A DNA stretch of 63,628 nt, the filler included, from Rhabdomonas costata (Eukaryota): assembly GCA_019059605.1 (NCBI GenBank). It is 26 parts of 26 records of this genome, joined end to end, with 100 filler letters (N's around TTAATTAATTAA, not from the genome) between each part and the next. Parts side by side here need not be neighbours in the genome. Positions count along the whole stretch, not along the records: positions 61,282 to 63,628 come from JAHMHO010003888.1; 25 more parts are not named here. The stretch is one strand, 5' to 3'. The notes under the pieces were generated by a model. The model saw only the letters and a program-made list of their open reading frames with translations, was not told the DNA's origin and did no database searches. Of this stretch, positions 63,337 through 63,628 are shown one piece after another; within the stretch, counting starts at the first letter, position 1; every line of letters begins with the position of its first letter. The position numbers and the translations under genes are program-made.

Positions 63337-63628
63337 CTGCGAGAACATGGAAATGGGCTGAGACCGATTGTTTCGTGCTTACCCCCCCCCCACATACACT
63401 CCCATCGCCCTGGAGAGACCTTGGAGCAGCGCGGCAAGAGGCATTTTGCCGACAAGAGGTAAACGACTTCTGCGGATGTCGCCACAAAGGGCCTTGGAGC
63501 GGCACAACAGCTTCGTACCATGTAGATTCGAACTTCGCCTATTAACAGCAGTAAACCATTGCATCCCCACCCGCGCAATAACGACAAAAGGGCAATGCAA
63601 ATCCGCATAATTCTATACCACAACACAA

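Noticed and set aside
1-63628. tRNA, rRNA, spliced-leader RNA genes, CRISPR arrays, prokaryotic operons and euglenid non-conventional introns
   Set aside because: None recognised by eye; the introns I could resolve were GT-AG apart from one possible GC-AG.

Overview
The window is not one locus. It is 26 unrelated contigs of about 2.35 kb each, joined by artificial 100-nt spacers (N44-TTAATTAATTAA-N44), so gene neighbourhoods across spacers mean nothing. Many contigs begin with G/T-only sequence and end with C/A-only sequence, and one begins with a near copy of a whole-genome-amplification primer, so this looks like an amplified, fragmented draft assembly. The DNA is intron-rich eukaryotic nuclear sequence with GC3-rich exons and mostly GT-AG introns. 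The gene families (Cache-domain receptor, CNG-like channel, IPT/TIG surface protein, PPR) and the pyrimidine tract plus AG just before several ATGs suggest a euglenozoan-like protist, but this is inference. Recognisable partial genes: zf-3CxxC protein, rhodanese-like protein, two ABCG/PDR transporters, CNG-like channel, fucosyltransferase-like protein, PPR-like protein, SPX protein, IPT/TIG protein, midasin-like AAA ATPase, quinone oxidoreductase, EF-hand protein, Cache-domain protein and a GT-A glycosyltransferase. Mobile DNA includes a decayed Ty3/gypsy element, an LTR cluster, a MITE family and a possible Helitron-like element. The standout is contig 26974-29334, which has no nuclear-style gene. 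It carries a cluster of GNA-loop mini-hairpins, oppositely skewed arms with inverted similarity, and a central frame that is open only if TGA encodes Trp. It is a candidate mitochondrial minichromosome or other extrachromosomal replicon, but I could not identify its gene content with confidence.
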